A stretch of 64,000 nt of DNA from the human T2T-CHM13v2.0 reference genome, Homo sapiens: NCBI RefSeq assembly GCF_009914755.1, contig NC_060927.1; one strand, given 5' to 3'. The notes beneath the pieces are model-generated. The model was not told where the DNA came from and did not search any database. It saw only the letters and a list, made by a program, of their open reading frames with translations. The translations under genes were made by a program, and so were the position numbers. Shown in pieces: positions 35,309-53,600 of this stretch (its first letter is position 1; each line of letters starts with the position of its first letter).

Positions 35309-36477
35309 TTATCTTGATTTGATTTTTGTATAAGGTGAGAGACCTGAAACTATAAAAATTCTGGAAGATAACATCGGAAAAACCCTTCTAGACATTGGCT
35401 TAGGCAAGGATTTTATGACCGAGAATCCAAAAGCAAATACAATAAATACAAAGATAAATAGCTGGGACCTAATTAAACTAAAGAAGTTTTTCATGGCAAA
35501 AGGAACAGTCAGTAGAGTAAACAGACAATCCACAGAATGGGAAAAGTTCTTCACAATCTATACATCTAACAAAGGACTAATAACCAGAATCTACAATGAA
35601 CTCAAACAAATCAGTAAGATAAAACAAACAATCCCATCAAAAAATGGGCTAAGGACATGAGTAGACAATTCTCAAAAGAAGATATTCAAATGGCCAAGAA
35701 ACGTATGAAAAAATGCTCAGCATCACTAATGATCAGGGAAATGCAAATCAAAAGCACAATGCGGTACCACTTCACCCTGCAAGAATGGCCATAATCAAAA
35801 AATCAAAAAACAGTAGATGCTGACATGGATGTGGTGAACAGGGAATACTTCCACGCTGCTGGTGGAAATGCAAACTAGTACAACCACTATGGAAAACAGG
35901 GTGGAGATTCCTTAAAGATCTAAAAGTAGAGCCACCATTTGATCCAGCAATCCCACTGCTGGGTATCTACCCAGAGGAAAAGATGTAATTATTCGAAAAA
36001 GATACTTGCACACACATGTTTATGGAAGCACAATTCACAACTGCAAAATCGTGGAACCAACCTAAATGCCCATCAGTCATGGAGTGGATAAAGAAACTGT
36101 GGTATATACATACAATGGAATACTATGCAGCCATAAGACAGAATGAATTAACAGCATTTGCAATGACCTGGATGAGATTGGACACTATTATTCTAAGCAA
36201 AGTAACTCAGGAATGGAAATTGAAACATCATATGTTCTCACTGATATGTGGGAGCTAAGGCATGAGGACGCAAAGGCATAAGAATGATGCAGTGGTCTTT
36301 GGGGACTTGGGGGGAAGAGTGGGAGGGGGTGAGGGATAGAAGAATACAGGTAGGCGGAGTGTATACTGCTCAGGTGATGGGTGCACCAAAATCTCACAAA
36401 TCACCACTAAAGAACTTATGTAACCAAATACCACCTGTATCCCAATAACTTATGGAAGAATTTAAAAAAAGATAAAA
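35309..36477 (+). mobile_element. L1PB 3' fragment with a 32-bp 5' inversion
   Basis: L1PB-type 3'UTR, inverted segment at 35309-35340, and TSD acaaatg(a/t)cagatct at 35294-35308 and 36478-36492. Confidence 0.9.
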
Positions 36478-38413
36478 ACAAATGTCAGATCTAAATCTTT
36501 GAAGTTCAGGTTTCAAATCCCATCTATGCATTAGCAATGCCAGCATGCTCTAGACAATGCAGAGCTTCCTTCTGCAGTAATTATTGTGGATATCCTCTTT
36601 CTAAATTATTGACTAATCTAACTGCCAGTGAGTTCTGTTAATTTAGAACTGGATCTGCTTCACAGTAATTTCTAACCTGTAATCCTAGTTTGACTCCCCA
36701 GAGCCACAAAGAATAACACGATTTGCTTATACTGAATTATATTTCAGGAACTCTGATATTCCTTATATGTCATGTTTTCCAGATGTTTCCCAATTCTGGA
36801 GAAATCACTGTTTGAATAAACATCTGAGAAGGATTTCAGGGCAAAATATTATCGATCCTGCTATGAGATATGCTGCCAGTGACTGTGGTGAAATCAGTCA
36901 GTGCTATCCCTGAGCAGGTTCTCATTGTGAACATGTATATCAATTGTGCTTTGCTGTTTCAGATGTGCATATTACTGTTACAAAAGTATAGGTGGGAAGC
37001 TTACTATTACAAAAATAGCCACTATTAATTTTAAATTTGAAGGTAATTTTGAAAATGCTATGCCTTTTAGCAGTTAGAATAATCAGGCCCAAAAATGTAT
37101 TTTCTTTAAAAAAAAAAAAAGCTTGAAAGGAGCACATATTTTTGTTTCCATTCTTCCCTGCAAAAGAGCTAGGAATGAGTTTGGGTTCTTCTGTTTTTTT
37201 GTTTGTTTGTTTGTTTGTTGTTGTTGTTCCTAGTGTATGAGCTTCTGAATTATATCATGCATCAAGACACTTAAAACCTGTTACAAACCCTGCTAGTGAT
37301 GAAATGCAGATGATATTGATTACATAAAATTCACCTCCTAGACAAGGTTTTCAATATGGGAGAGTTCATTGTCAGTGCAGCTCATCTAATTTTATAAATC
37401 CTATGTTTGTGTGATTTTTTTAATTGAAAATAAAATGCACCTGGGAATAATGATGGCATACAGCACCACAGTTTAACTCAGCAAATCTCATCAATATTAA
37501 TACCATTATTCTCTTTATTGCAATCAATTGATGTACTTACTGAAATATCTTATTTCTACTTAGTGGTTATGTAAGTTTGATGGTTTTAGGTCTGCAAATA
37601 TTGTCATCTGTGGTTATTAATTAGAAAACTTCATTGGTATGTTTGTACCTATGTGTTTTCACACATAAAATTTATACGATTGTAATAATCAGATCCTCAT
37701 TTAGGATCTAGGCTCTATGCTTCATAAGACAGAAAATTATTTGTTGCTAAGACAAACACCTTATACAGAAAGTAGAACTAGGAAAATACTAATTTTTAAA
37801 ATATTACCAAGGATAGCACTAAAAGCCACTATGATGTATGGGTATCATATTATGTAATAGCTTATTGGAGTCTTTCAAGTGAAATTTCTAATTAAGAATA
37901 GATAAGAGCTTATAGAACAAACTTCTCTCCCCTAGAGGATGGGGAACATTTCTGTAAAGTGTTTGCTCCAGGTATACGAAAGGCCAACAGAAAGTAGAAG
38001 TTTCCTAAAACAGAATGTGTTGTCATGGGGTCGTAATTAAAGAACAGCTAAATAGGCACGAAAATTTATTCTAATTTCCACAAATTAAAAGAGCCCAGTG
38101 GCCCATCTAAAGTTCTACTCTCATTTACCAGTTTAGTCTCCAACCCAGCAATGATATTCCAGGATCACTTCAACTGCTATACATACTTAACTTTTCAAAT
38201 TCTCTTTAAATTCATTCTATTATATTACTAACACTTTGACAAATTAGATTTTTTGAAAGAAATCTTAGGTGTATACTCACAGAAAAACAGTCCTATTCTG
38301 TTATCTCCTAGCCCTTGGAAATGTTATGGTCAAAAGGACAAGAACACCTTAAGATATTTGATTTCCTGCAAAGCAAAATATAAAATTTAACATGTAGTCA
38401 AGTTGGTCATAAT

Positions 38414-38712
38414 TCAGCAAACTATCGCAAGGACAAAAAACCAAACACCACATGTTCTCACTCATAGGTGGGAATTGAACAATGAGAACACCTGGACACA
38501 GGAATGGGAACATCACACACCGGGGCCTGTTGTGGGGTGGGGGGAGGGGGGAGGGATAGCATTAGGAGATATACCTAATGTTAAATGACAATTTAATGGG
38601 TGCAGCACACCAACATGGCACATGTATACGTATGTAACAAACCTGCACGTTGTGCACATGTACCCTAAAACTTCAAGTATAATAAAAATAGATAAATTAA
38701 AAGAAAAAAAAG
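38414..38712 (+). mobile_element. L1PA 3' end, heavily 5'-truncated
   Basis: gcaaactatcgcaaggacaaaaaaccaaacacc...gtaccctaaaact plus A tail. Confidence 0.93.
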
Positions 38713-39139
38713 AGAAATATAAATGTCAAAGAGGAGTTTTCCAAAACACTGAAATAATACACAGAATTAAGTAACCAACATTGTTATTTGCTTTAACACA
38801 TTTTCTCCCTCCAAAAAGTAAAACAGTGCAGTACCAAAGCTCTATAAATGGTTGTCTTTTAAAAGGTCTCCTAAAATTAAATTTTAAAAAATCTCTCAAA
38901 TTCCCATTATTTTTTCCTTTTATATAAAATATGGTTATTTTTAGTTGGTAGGATTGTGACCTCTAGGCATTGTCCACAGTATAAGTTATCTCTGCAGGCT
39001 TCTGGCATTTCTTCCACTTCTAGAGATTAATGCAAAATCATTATTAATCCGAAATATTTGTATTTGCCAAATTGGCTATTTCTTTGTCTCTCCTTTATAT
39101 TCCTTCCCTGAACCCATAATATTCAAGTTTATTACATAA

Positions 39140-39712
39140 ATCTTAGATTTATCAATACTAGAGAGACAAAAATGACAACTATTAAGTTTGAATACATCTC
39201 TCAGTAATTGATAAAACAACTAGAGAAAGAAAAAGTGGTTGTCAGATGATCTGAATAATGCTATCAACCATTTTGGTCTAATAGGTATTTTAGAGCACTT
39301 CAACCCACAGCTGCAGAATACATATTATTTTCAAATTCATATGGTGTATTCACCATGAAACACAATATGCTTGTCATAAAACAAAAATAAGATGATATAT
39401 TTAAAATGATTTAACTCATACAGAGTATGATCTCAGATCAGAAGGGCATTGAATTCGAACTGTAAAATCATTTCTACCTATTAGAAACCAAACCAGTTAC
39501 ACGCACACACACACATAAATATATATGTGTTTATGAATATGTATATATACACATGTGTAAGTAAAAATATCTAGAAACATCTCAATTATCTAAAAATTAA
39601 ACAGCATACGTTTTAATAACCTATGGGTCAAAAATAAATCTCAAGGAAAAATAGACAACATTTCAATCCAAAATGTTAATAAAAATACAAAATTTGTGAG
39701 GTGTATCTAAGG
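39140..39712 (+). mobile_element. Old L1M ORF2 (endonuclease region) fragment
   Basis: ctctcagtaattgataaaac...cagctgcagaatacatattattttcaaattcatatgg...aataacctatgggtcaaa. Confidence 0.7.
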
Positions 39713-39884
39713 TTTACAGTGGGTCATAGTAAAGATCAAAAGTGATGCACATAATATTAACTCTCAATATTCTGTGACCTTGGCCCTTCAAGGTATGGCT
39801 GGCTTGGGAGACTGGTAATACCCTTAAAGAAATTGGTTCTTTAAAATATTATCTAGCTATTCTAGTTGTTCTCCAAAGCCATTT
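39713..39884 (-). pseudogene. Continuation of the candidate LRR exon beyond the L1 insertion
   Basis: Joining across the TSD gives KQMALENN...RTNFFKGITSL, then in another frame ITFDLYYDPL (LRR and LRR-CT-like). Confidence 0.35.
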
Positions 39885-44543
<4,659 letters not shown>

Positions 44544-45599
44544 CTTTAAATAAAATGAATACTTGTTAAAATATTAATCTGGATTTCATAATAAAGTATT
44601 CCTTTTAAGCAGCTATAATTGTACATTTAAATGTTTTCTTGGAAACTATTTTTTGTTATAATTAAAATATTGTGAAAACATACTTTGAGTTCTGTTGTTA
44701 GTTTAATTACAGTTCTAATAAACAAAAAGCTTCACGGGCTAAATTGCAAAGTTACAATTGAAAGCTCAATGATTATCCTAATTCACCAGTAAGTGTTCCA
44801 TAATAAATACCTTTCTCTTAAAAATATGTTTCTGCCCATCATCTCATGAGTTTGATGACCTCTCTTGATAAACTTTTAAATTTCATTTTAAGCTTAAAAT
44901 TGTAGAAAGACATTTTTTGAATTTTTATTCTAGATTGTTTTCTCTGTTTAATTTCTTGAGGATTATACTAGCATTTGAAGACACATTCTTCAACCAAAAC
45001 AGTTCAGAATTCCTTTAAATTTTCTATTTTTTTTGTTGCCACATAACTTCATTTTTCTTGTCTTAGTTTTCTTATTAAAGTCCTAGAATAGCCTATACTT
45101 TTCTTTATTAGCACTTGAATAATTGGAAATCTCTATATAAATATAAGAAAATGATTATTTTTACAATTCTGGAGAGAGGATAATTGGCAATAAAAAATGG
45201 TTGGAGCCAAGATTTTCTTTTTTCACTCGATACATGGAAACAACGAAGCTAATGGTTGCTGAGTAAAACACTAGAAGAAGAGTTGATAGTGAAGTATTTT
45301 CCTATGCTTTTCTGTAAGAAAAATTATTTTATTGTTGACAAAAATAGATCTCTGGAAGATGTTTTTGGTAAAACAAACAAATCACTTTTGCAATTGTTGG
45401 CTAAACAGTAAATGAATACCTTCTTTGTTGGTTCCAGTATTAGCAGTTTATCATACTATTTAAAAATCAGATAATTTTGTTGTAAAAGAAAAATGACTGA
45501 ATTTACTCTTCAGCCTTGGTGGATACAGGTCTTCTTTTATTATTTGCCTTTTCCCTACCTTTGAAGAAGTAATCTTTGACTTTGATGAACACCTAACTT

Positions 45600-45975
45600 T
45601 GGTGAACACCTACTATATCCTAGGCATTGTTCTAAGTGCTGGAAAAATGGCAGTGAACTCTGTGTCCTCATGGAGCTTACATTATAAATGTAGTGACTGG
45701 CAACTGACTGAAGTAATTTCAGATATTAATAAATGTTATGAAGTAAATAAAACTAGCTAATAGAATGCAGAGCAGCTGTAGGAGGGATGGTATTGGTCAA
45801 TGTTCGAGGGAAAGTTTCTCTCACGAGGTGACATTGGAACTGAGAGCTAAATAATAGGAAGTAAACCTGTAGAGATGTGAGGAAAGATCATTGTTGGTGA
45901 GGCTGAGCAATTTACCTGGAAAGAACCTGGACATATTTGAGACATTGAAATAGGCCCAAATGTTAATAGATTTAG
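45600..45975 (-). mobile_element. L2 fragment
   Basis: aacacctactatatcctaggcattgttctaagtgctgg...cctcatggagcttaca...gaggtgacattggaactgag. Confidence 0.75.
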
Positions 45976-45982
45976 TTAATAA

Positions 45983-46286
<304 letters not shown>

Positions 46287-47437
46287 GTTAATAAAATTTT
46301 CGAAATCTCAATCTACCATCACAAAAATAATTTTGATAACCTGTTTACATTCCCCCTCAATAGTAGATTTTGTTGTAGATAAAATATTTTTCCATATATT
46401 CCATTCAATATGACAAATTATTACAAAATAATCTAGAAGCAGATGTTATTCTCATTTTAGTAATCCTTTTTGAATATAGCAGGTAAAAAAGTAACAATGT
46501 ATCTTTTTGGCAAATCACATCCAAGTACCCAAGCACCCAAGTACACACCTCTATTGCAGTGACTGTCCAAAATAATTCTATATAAAAGGCTTCACCGAGG
46601 TCATTCATTTAAGAACCCACTGGGAGGGGTACTTATTCTAGCATTTGCTGGAAGCTGTGAGGATTGCCAAAAGGGTATCCACATTTGTTTTCACTTACCA
46701 TAACGCATTTGGAGAGACCTGGAAAATCATTAAAGAAAATTGACATAATTTTAGATTGCATGGGTTTCTGATACTTCCATGATATGTATCTTCTTTTTTC
46801 TCAATATTTATAAGCAAATAGCCAACTCAATTCATTTTTCCCAGGGCATATTACAACTGAAATCTCAGAAGTACTTAAAGATTTTCTTTTTTTCAGATTT
46901 CTTCTCTTGGCTTCTGATTGTTATTCTTAGTTTCCTCCCTCAGTAACTGTTTTGGTTTTATCCCTTAAACTTGAGCATTCAACAAGATTTCATTTACAGA
47001 TTTCTGTTTTCCCTCTGTATGAACGTATGGTGCTTCAGAAACTTTATCTTCTACAAAGGCTTACTGTTTTATCTCTAAGTAAGATTCTTGACTGTCTAAA
47101 TTATTTAAACCTGTCCTCACATTTCACTTCATATTTACACCCTATTTTTAGGACTTTATGTTACATGTCACATCACCTAAATTCAGAATGTCTAAAATTG
47201 AATTTTTCATCTTTTACCCAATGTGAATTTAAGTATTACCTTTACTTCTGCATTCTTTATATAGGCAAATATTACTATAATTCTTCTGAAAACCCATATG
47301 AAAGACTCTTATTGACTTTTTCATTTTTTGTTTATCCTAGGCCTCATTTCAGTGTTTACTGTTATTTCAACTGACCCTTAAACTTGATCTTATATGTTCA
47401 CTGGAAAAGTATTCCTTCATAGTTCTATTCCTTATTA

Positions 47438-49753
47438 CTGGCAGCCTTGTTTCATTGTGCTTTGCTTAGCTCTATGTTGCAGATACTGTGTTTTTTATAA
47501 ATTCAATATTAGTGGCAATCCTGTGTTGAGCAAATATATGGGCACATTTTATCAACAGCATGTGCTCATTTCATGTCCCTGTTTCACATCTTGGTAATTA
47601 TCACGATATTTCAGAGTTTATTATTATTATATCTGTTATGTGATCTGTGATCAGTGGTCTTTGATGTTAATATTGTAATTGTTTGGGAGCACCACAAACC
47701 ATGCTCACATAAGAAAGCAAATGTGTGTGTTCTGACTACTCCACTGACCAGCAATTCTCCCATCTCTCTCCCTCCCCTCAGGCTTCCCTTTTCCCTAAGA
47801 CATAACAGTTTCGAAATTAGGCCGATTAATTATCCTGCAATGGCTTCTAAATGTGCAAGTGAAAGAAAGGATCACAAGTGTCACATTTTAAATCAAAAGC
47901 TAGAAATGATTGAGCTTAGTGAGGAAGGCATGTCAAAAGCCAAGATACATTAAAATATAAGTCAGTTGCACCAGTCAGCCAAGTTGTGAATCCAAAGGAA
48001 AAGTTTCTGAAGGAAATTAACAGTGCTACTCCAATGAATACATACATGATAAGGAAGGAAAACAGACTTATTGTCAATATGGAGAAAGTTTGAGCAGTCT
48101 AGATAGAAGATCAAACCAGCCAAAGCCTAATCATGCAAAACGGATTTGCAAAATAGAAATCTGTGGACTAATTCTTGATAATATTTAAGTTTAAGGGACA
48201 AAACCCAAATGGTCATTTAGGCAGAAAACTAAGAATAATAGCAATCAAAAGGCAAACAAGGAAATTTGAAAGGAAGAAAATCTTTCAAGTACTTCTGAGA
48301 TTTCACTGGTAATGAATCAAAGCCTAATCCAAAGCAAGGCTCTATCTTTCTCTAATTCTAAGATGGCTTAGAGAGGTGAAGAAACTGCAGAAGAAAAGTT
48401 TGAAGCTAGCAGAGTGTGGTTTATGAGATTGAACAACAGAAGGCATCCCCATGACATAAAAGTGCAAGGTGAAGCAGCAAGGAATGTTGGAGAAGCTGAA
48501 GTGAGTTATCCAGAAGATCTAGCTAAGATCATTTATGCAGGTGACTACACTACACAACAGGTTTTCAATGTAGAAAATTAGCTTCATATTGGAAGAAGCC
48601 ATCTAGGACTTTTTGAGTTATACCAGAGAAGTCAATGCTTGTCTTCAAAGCTTCAAAGGACAGGTTGACTTTCTAGTTAAGGGCTAATGCAACTGGTGAA
48701 TTTAAGTTGAAGCCAATGCTCATCTACCATTTTGAAAATCTTGCAGTTCTTAATAATTATGCTTTGTCTACTCTGCCTATGTTCTATAAATAGAACAAAA
48801 CCTGAATGATAACACATTTCTTTACAGAATGATTTACTGAATATTTTAAGCCCCCACTGAGAACTTAAACGATAAAGATATATTTCAAAATATTACTGCT
48901 TATTGAAAATGTACCTGTTTGTGATTCATCAAAGGGGATCAAAATATCATTATGAACAGGATTTTGAAAGAAGCTGATCCCAACTCTCATAGATGACTTT
49001 GAGGAATTCAATACTTCAGTGGAGACAGTGATTGCAGGTAAAGTAGAAATAACTAGGGAATTAGATTTAAAAGTGGAGTCTGAAGATGTGACTGAATCAT
49101 TGAAATTTCATGTTAAAAGTTGAACATAGGAAGAGTTGCTTCTTATTAAGAGCAAAGTGTTTTTGTTTGTTTCTTTTGTTCATTTGTGTGTTTAGATAGA
49201 ATCTTCTCCTGGTGAAGATGCTATAAACATTGTTGACAACAAAGTTTCACAGTATTACATAAACTCAGTTGATAAAGCAGTGTCAAGTTTTGAGATAACT
49301 GACTCTAATTTGGAAAGAAGTTCTACTGTGGATAAAATACTATCAAACAACATCACATGCAACAGAAAATCTTTTGTGAGTGAATTGATGCTGCAAACGT
49401 CATTGTTATCTTATTTTAAGAAATTGCCCTACCGAAGCACCCCAATGTTTAGCAACCATCTCTCTGATCAGTCAGCCAGCCATCAACATCGAGGCAAAAC
49501 CCTACCCCAGCAAAAAGATTATAACTCTCTGAAGGTTCATATTATCACAAAGTTTTAAAAATAAATTTTTTGAAAGTATGTATACATTTTGTAGACATAA
49601 TGCTACTGAATACTTATTAAATAGACAATCTACTGTAAACATAACTTTTATACTCACTAGGAGGCCAAAAAATTATGTGAATTAGGTTTTTGTGATATTT
49701 GCTTCATTGTGGTGGTCTGGAATTGAACCCGTATTATCCCTAAGGTATGCCTA
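47438..49753 (+). mobile_element. Tigger1 DNA transposon, near full length, decayed transposase
   Basis: Ends resemble Tigger1 TIRs (ctggcagcctt... / ...aggtatgccta). The transposase remnant reads [19 protein letters not shown]. Confidence 0.92.
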
Positions 49754-50667
49754 CTCTAGAAGCTACATAAGTTATTTCTGGGCTCCCAGAATCCTTCACT
49801 AACACACGTAATAATTCTTTCCAAATTATAACATTAATATTTTTCTTGCCTTTTGGTGGGGGGGCATTTTGGGGTACATTTAATTTCCTAAACCATCCAT
49901 TGAAGACAAATGACCACCAATTGCTTCTTGAGTGTTAAGGGTAGCTCAGTTCTTTTTTTTTTTTTTTTTTCATTTTAGAGACAAAACAAAATGAGGGCCA
50001 AAAAAAGTAAAACACCTTGCAAACTTATTCAGTATGCTTTTTGCTGTGCTTTTGTGTATTTTTATCTCATCATGTAACATCCACACAAAAAAAATTTGAG
50101 TAAGTATATTATTATCACATAAAATTATGGTGAATTATATATAAGAATGTGAAGCTTCAGAACCATAAAAAATATGAATTAGGGAAATGTAGAATAAAGA
50201 AAATACAGATTTATCTGTAGTCCATATGGACTTACATATTTATGGTATTTTGATTTCATATATTCTGATCTCATAATTTTTCATAATTTTCTGTACAATT
50301 TGAAATGATGTTGACCTAAATTTTTCTTCTCTTGCAAATGTTATAATGAAAGGCTACAGTAATCTTTAGAGTCAGTTAATTAAATCAATACATGTGTACA
50401 TGTTGTATGTATACATATAGATTTTGCAAAAATAATAAATACCTATACATACATATGAATGTAATACTTAATGAAGTGATGTTTATAAAATTGTTAATAT
50501 CTAGTGCTTCTTTTGTTCTGATTTCTTATATGTTCATTTCTTATTTTGGGTGAGGAAGTTGCATAATTTTATAATAAACATGCACTGTAATATACATACC
50601 TTTCACATATATAACATTACATAGGTATATCAGCTCACTGTACATAAAATAACTTTATTATTAAGGG

Positions 50668-53600
50668 CTTGTTTCACTGGTCTATGTGTTTGTTTTTGTG
50701 CCAGAACCATGCTGTATTGGTTGCTATAGTCATGTACTATAGTTTGAAGTTCAGTAGCTTAATGACTCTAGCTTTGTTCTTTTAACATAGAATTACCTTG
50801 GCTATTCAGGCTCTTTTTTGTTTCCATATGAATTTTAAAATAGTTTTTTAAAATAATTCTGTGAAGAATGTCAATGATGGTTTCATAGGAATAGCATTAA
50901 ATCTATAAATTACTTTGGGCATTGAGGCCATTTTAATAACATTATTATTCTTATGCATGGAACTTTTTTTCACTTGATTTTGTCATCTTTGATTTCTTTT
51001 AGCAGTGTTTTGCAGTTCTGCTTGTAGAGATCTTTAATTTTCCCTGTTAGCTGTATTCCTAAGTATTTTTAAAATTCTTTTTGTGGCAATTGTGAATGGG
51101 ATTGCATTCCTGATTTGGCTCTTGGCTTGACTGTTGTTGGTGTCCATGAATATTAGTGATGTTTGCTCATTGATTTTGTAGCCTGAGACTTTGCTGAAGT
51201 TGTTTATCAGCTTAAGGAACTTTTGGGCTGGGTCCATGGGTTTTTTTTAGATATAGGATAATGACAACTGCAAACAGAGATAGTTTGACTTTCTGTCTTT
51301 CTATTTGGGTGCGCTTTATTTCCTTCTCTTGCCTAATTTCCCTGCCCAGGACTTTCAGTACAATGTTGAATAGATGTGGTGAGAGAGGGCATCTTTATCT
51401 TGTGCCTGTTCTCAATAGGAATGCTTCCAGCTTTTGCCCATTTATTATGATGTTTGCTGTAGAGTTTGTCATAGATCCTCTTACTATTTTGAGATATGTT
51501 CCTTTAATATCTATTTTCTGAGAGTTTTTAACATGAAGGGTGTTGAATTTTATCAAAAGCCTTTCTACGTCTATTGAAATTATCATGTGATTTTTGTCTT
51601 TAGTTCTGTTTATGTGATGAATCACATTTATTGATTTGTATATGTTGAACCAAACTTGCATTCCAAGGATAAAGCCTACTTGATTGTCTTGGATAAGATT
51701 TTGGATGTGCTGCTGAATTTTGTTTGTCAGTATTTTGTTTAGGATTTTTGCATCAATGTTCATCAAGGATACTGGCCTGAAGTTTCCTTTCTCTGTTGTG
51801 TCTCTGCCAGGTTTTGGTATCAGGATGATTCTGGCCTCATAGAATAAGTTAGGGAGGAGTTGTTCCTCTTCAGTTTTTGGGAATAGTTTCAGTAGGAAGA
51901 TTACTCGCTCTTCTCTATACATTTGGTAGAATTCAGCTGTGAATCCATCTAGTCCTGGGGTTTTATTGGTTGATAGGCTACCAATTACTGCCTCATTTCA
52001 GAGCTGCTTATTGGTCTGTTTAGGGATTCGACTTCTTCCTGGTTCAGTCTTAGGAGCATGTGTGTGCTCAGGAATGTATACATTTCTTCTAGATTTTCTA
52101 GTTTATATGCATAGATGTGTTCAAAATATTATTTCATGGTTATTTTTATTTCTGTGGTGATGTGGGTTGGTCATGTCCCCACCCAAATCTAATCTTGAAT
52201 TGTAGTTCCCATCATCCCCACATGTCTTGGGAGGAACCTGGTGGGAGGTAATTCAATGATGGAGGTGGTTTCCAATATGCTATTCTTGGGATAGTGAGTA
52301 CGTTCTCACGAGATCTGATGGTTTTATAAGGAGCTTCTCCCTTTGCTCTACCCTCATTCTTCTCTCTCCTGCTGCCATGTGAAGAAAGACATGTTTACTT
52401 CCCCTTCCACAATGATTGTATGTTTCTTGAGGCCACCCCACCCATGCTGAACTGTGAGTCAGTTTAATCTCTTTCTTTTCTAAATTACCGAGTCTCAGGT
52501 ATATCTTTATTAGCAGCATGAGAACTGACTAATACAGTAAATTGGTACCACAAAGAGTGGGTTGCTGTTTTAAAAATATCTGAAAATGTGGAAGAAATTT
52601 GGAACTGGTTAACAGGTAGAGGTTGGAACAGTTTAGAGGACTCAGTAGAGGACAGGCAAGGGTGGAAAAGTTTGGAACTTCCTACAAAGTTGTTGAGCTA
52701 TGTGGTCAAGCAGCAAGGCATTCAAGAGGAAGCATAGCACAAAAGTTTGGAAATTTTGCAGCTCGATGATGTGCTGGGAAATAAAAAACATTTTCTGGGG
52801 ATAAATTCAAGCTGGCTGCAGAAATTTGCATAAGTAACAAGGAGCTGAAAGTTAATCACCAAGACAATGAGAAAAATATCTCCAGGGCATGTCAGAGACC
52901 TTCACAGCAACTGTTCCCATCATAATCCAGGAGGCCTAAAAGGGACAAATATTTTCATGTGCCAGGTCCAGCCCCCACCCTGCTATGTGTAGTCTCAGGA
53001 CTTGGGGCCCTGCATCCCAGATGCTCCAGCTATGGCAGTTGTTTCAGAAGATGCAAGTCCGAGCCTTGGTAGCTTCCATGTAGTGTTAGGCCTGTGGGTG
53101 CACAGAAGTCAATAATTAAGGTTTAGGAACCTCTGACTAGATTCCAGAGGATGTATGGAAATGCTTGGATGTCCAGGCAGAAGTTTTCTACAGGGGTGGA
53201 GCCCTAAGGGAGAACCTCTGCTAGGGCAGTGCAAAAGGGAAATGTGGGGTGGGAACCCCACAGCAGAGTCCTCACTGGCTCACTGCCTAGTGGAGCTATG
53301 AGAAGAGGGCCAGCAATCTCCAGACACAGAATGGTAGATCCACTGACAGTTTCCACCATGCACCTGGAAAAGCCACAGACACTTGATTCCAGCCCATGAA
53401 GAAGGCAGGAGGCATACTGTACCCTGCAAAACCACAGGGGCTAAGCTGCCCAAGATGCTGGGAGCCCACCTCTTGCATCAGAGTGCTCTGGATGTGAAAA
53501 ATAGAGTCAAAAGAGACCATTTCAGAGCATTAAGATTTGACTGCCCCACTGGATTTCAAACTTGCATGGGGCCTGTACCTTCTTCATTTTGGCAAATTTC

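Noticed and set aside
47654-47953. Domesticated TIGD-like transposase gene
   Set aside because: It is a Tigger1 relic with an early stop, an insertion and many disruptions.
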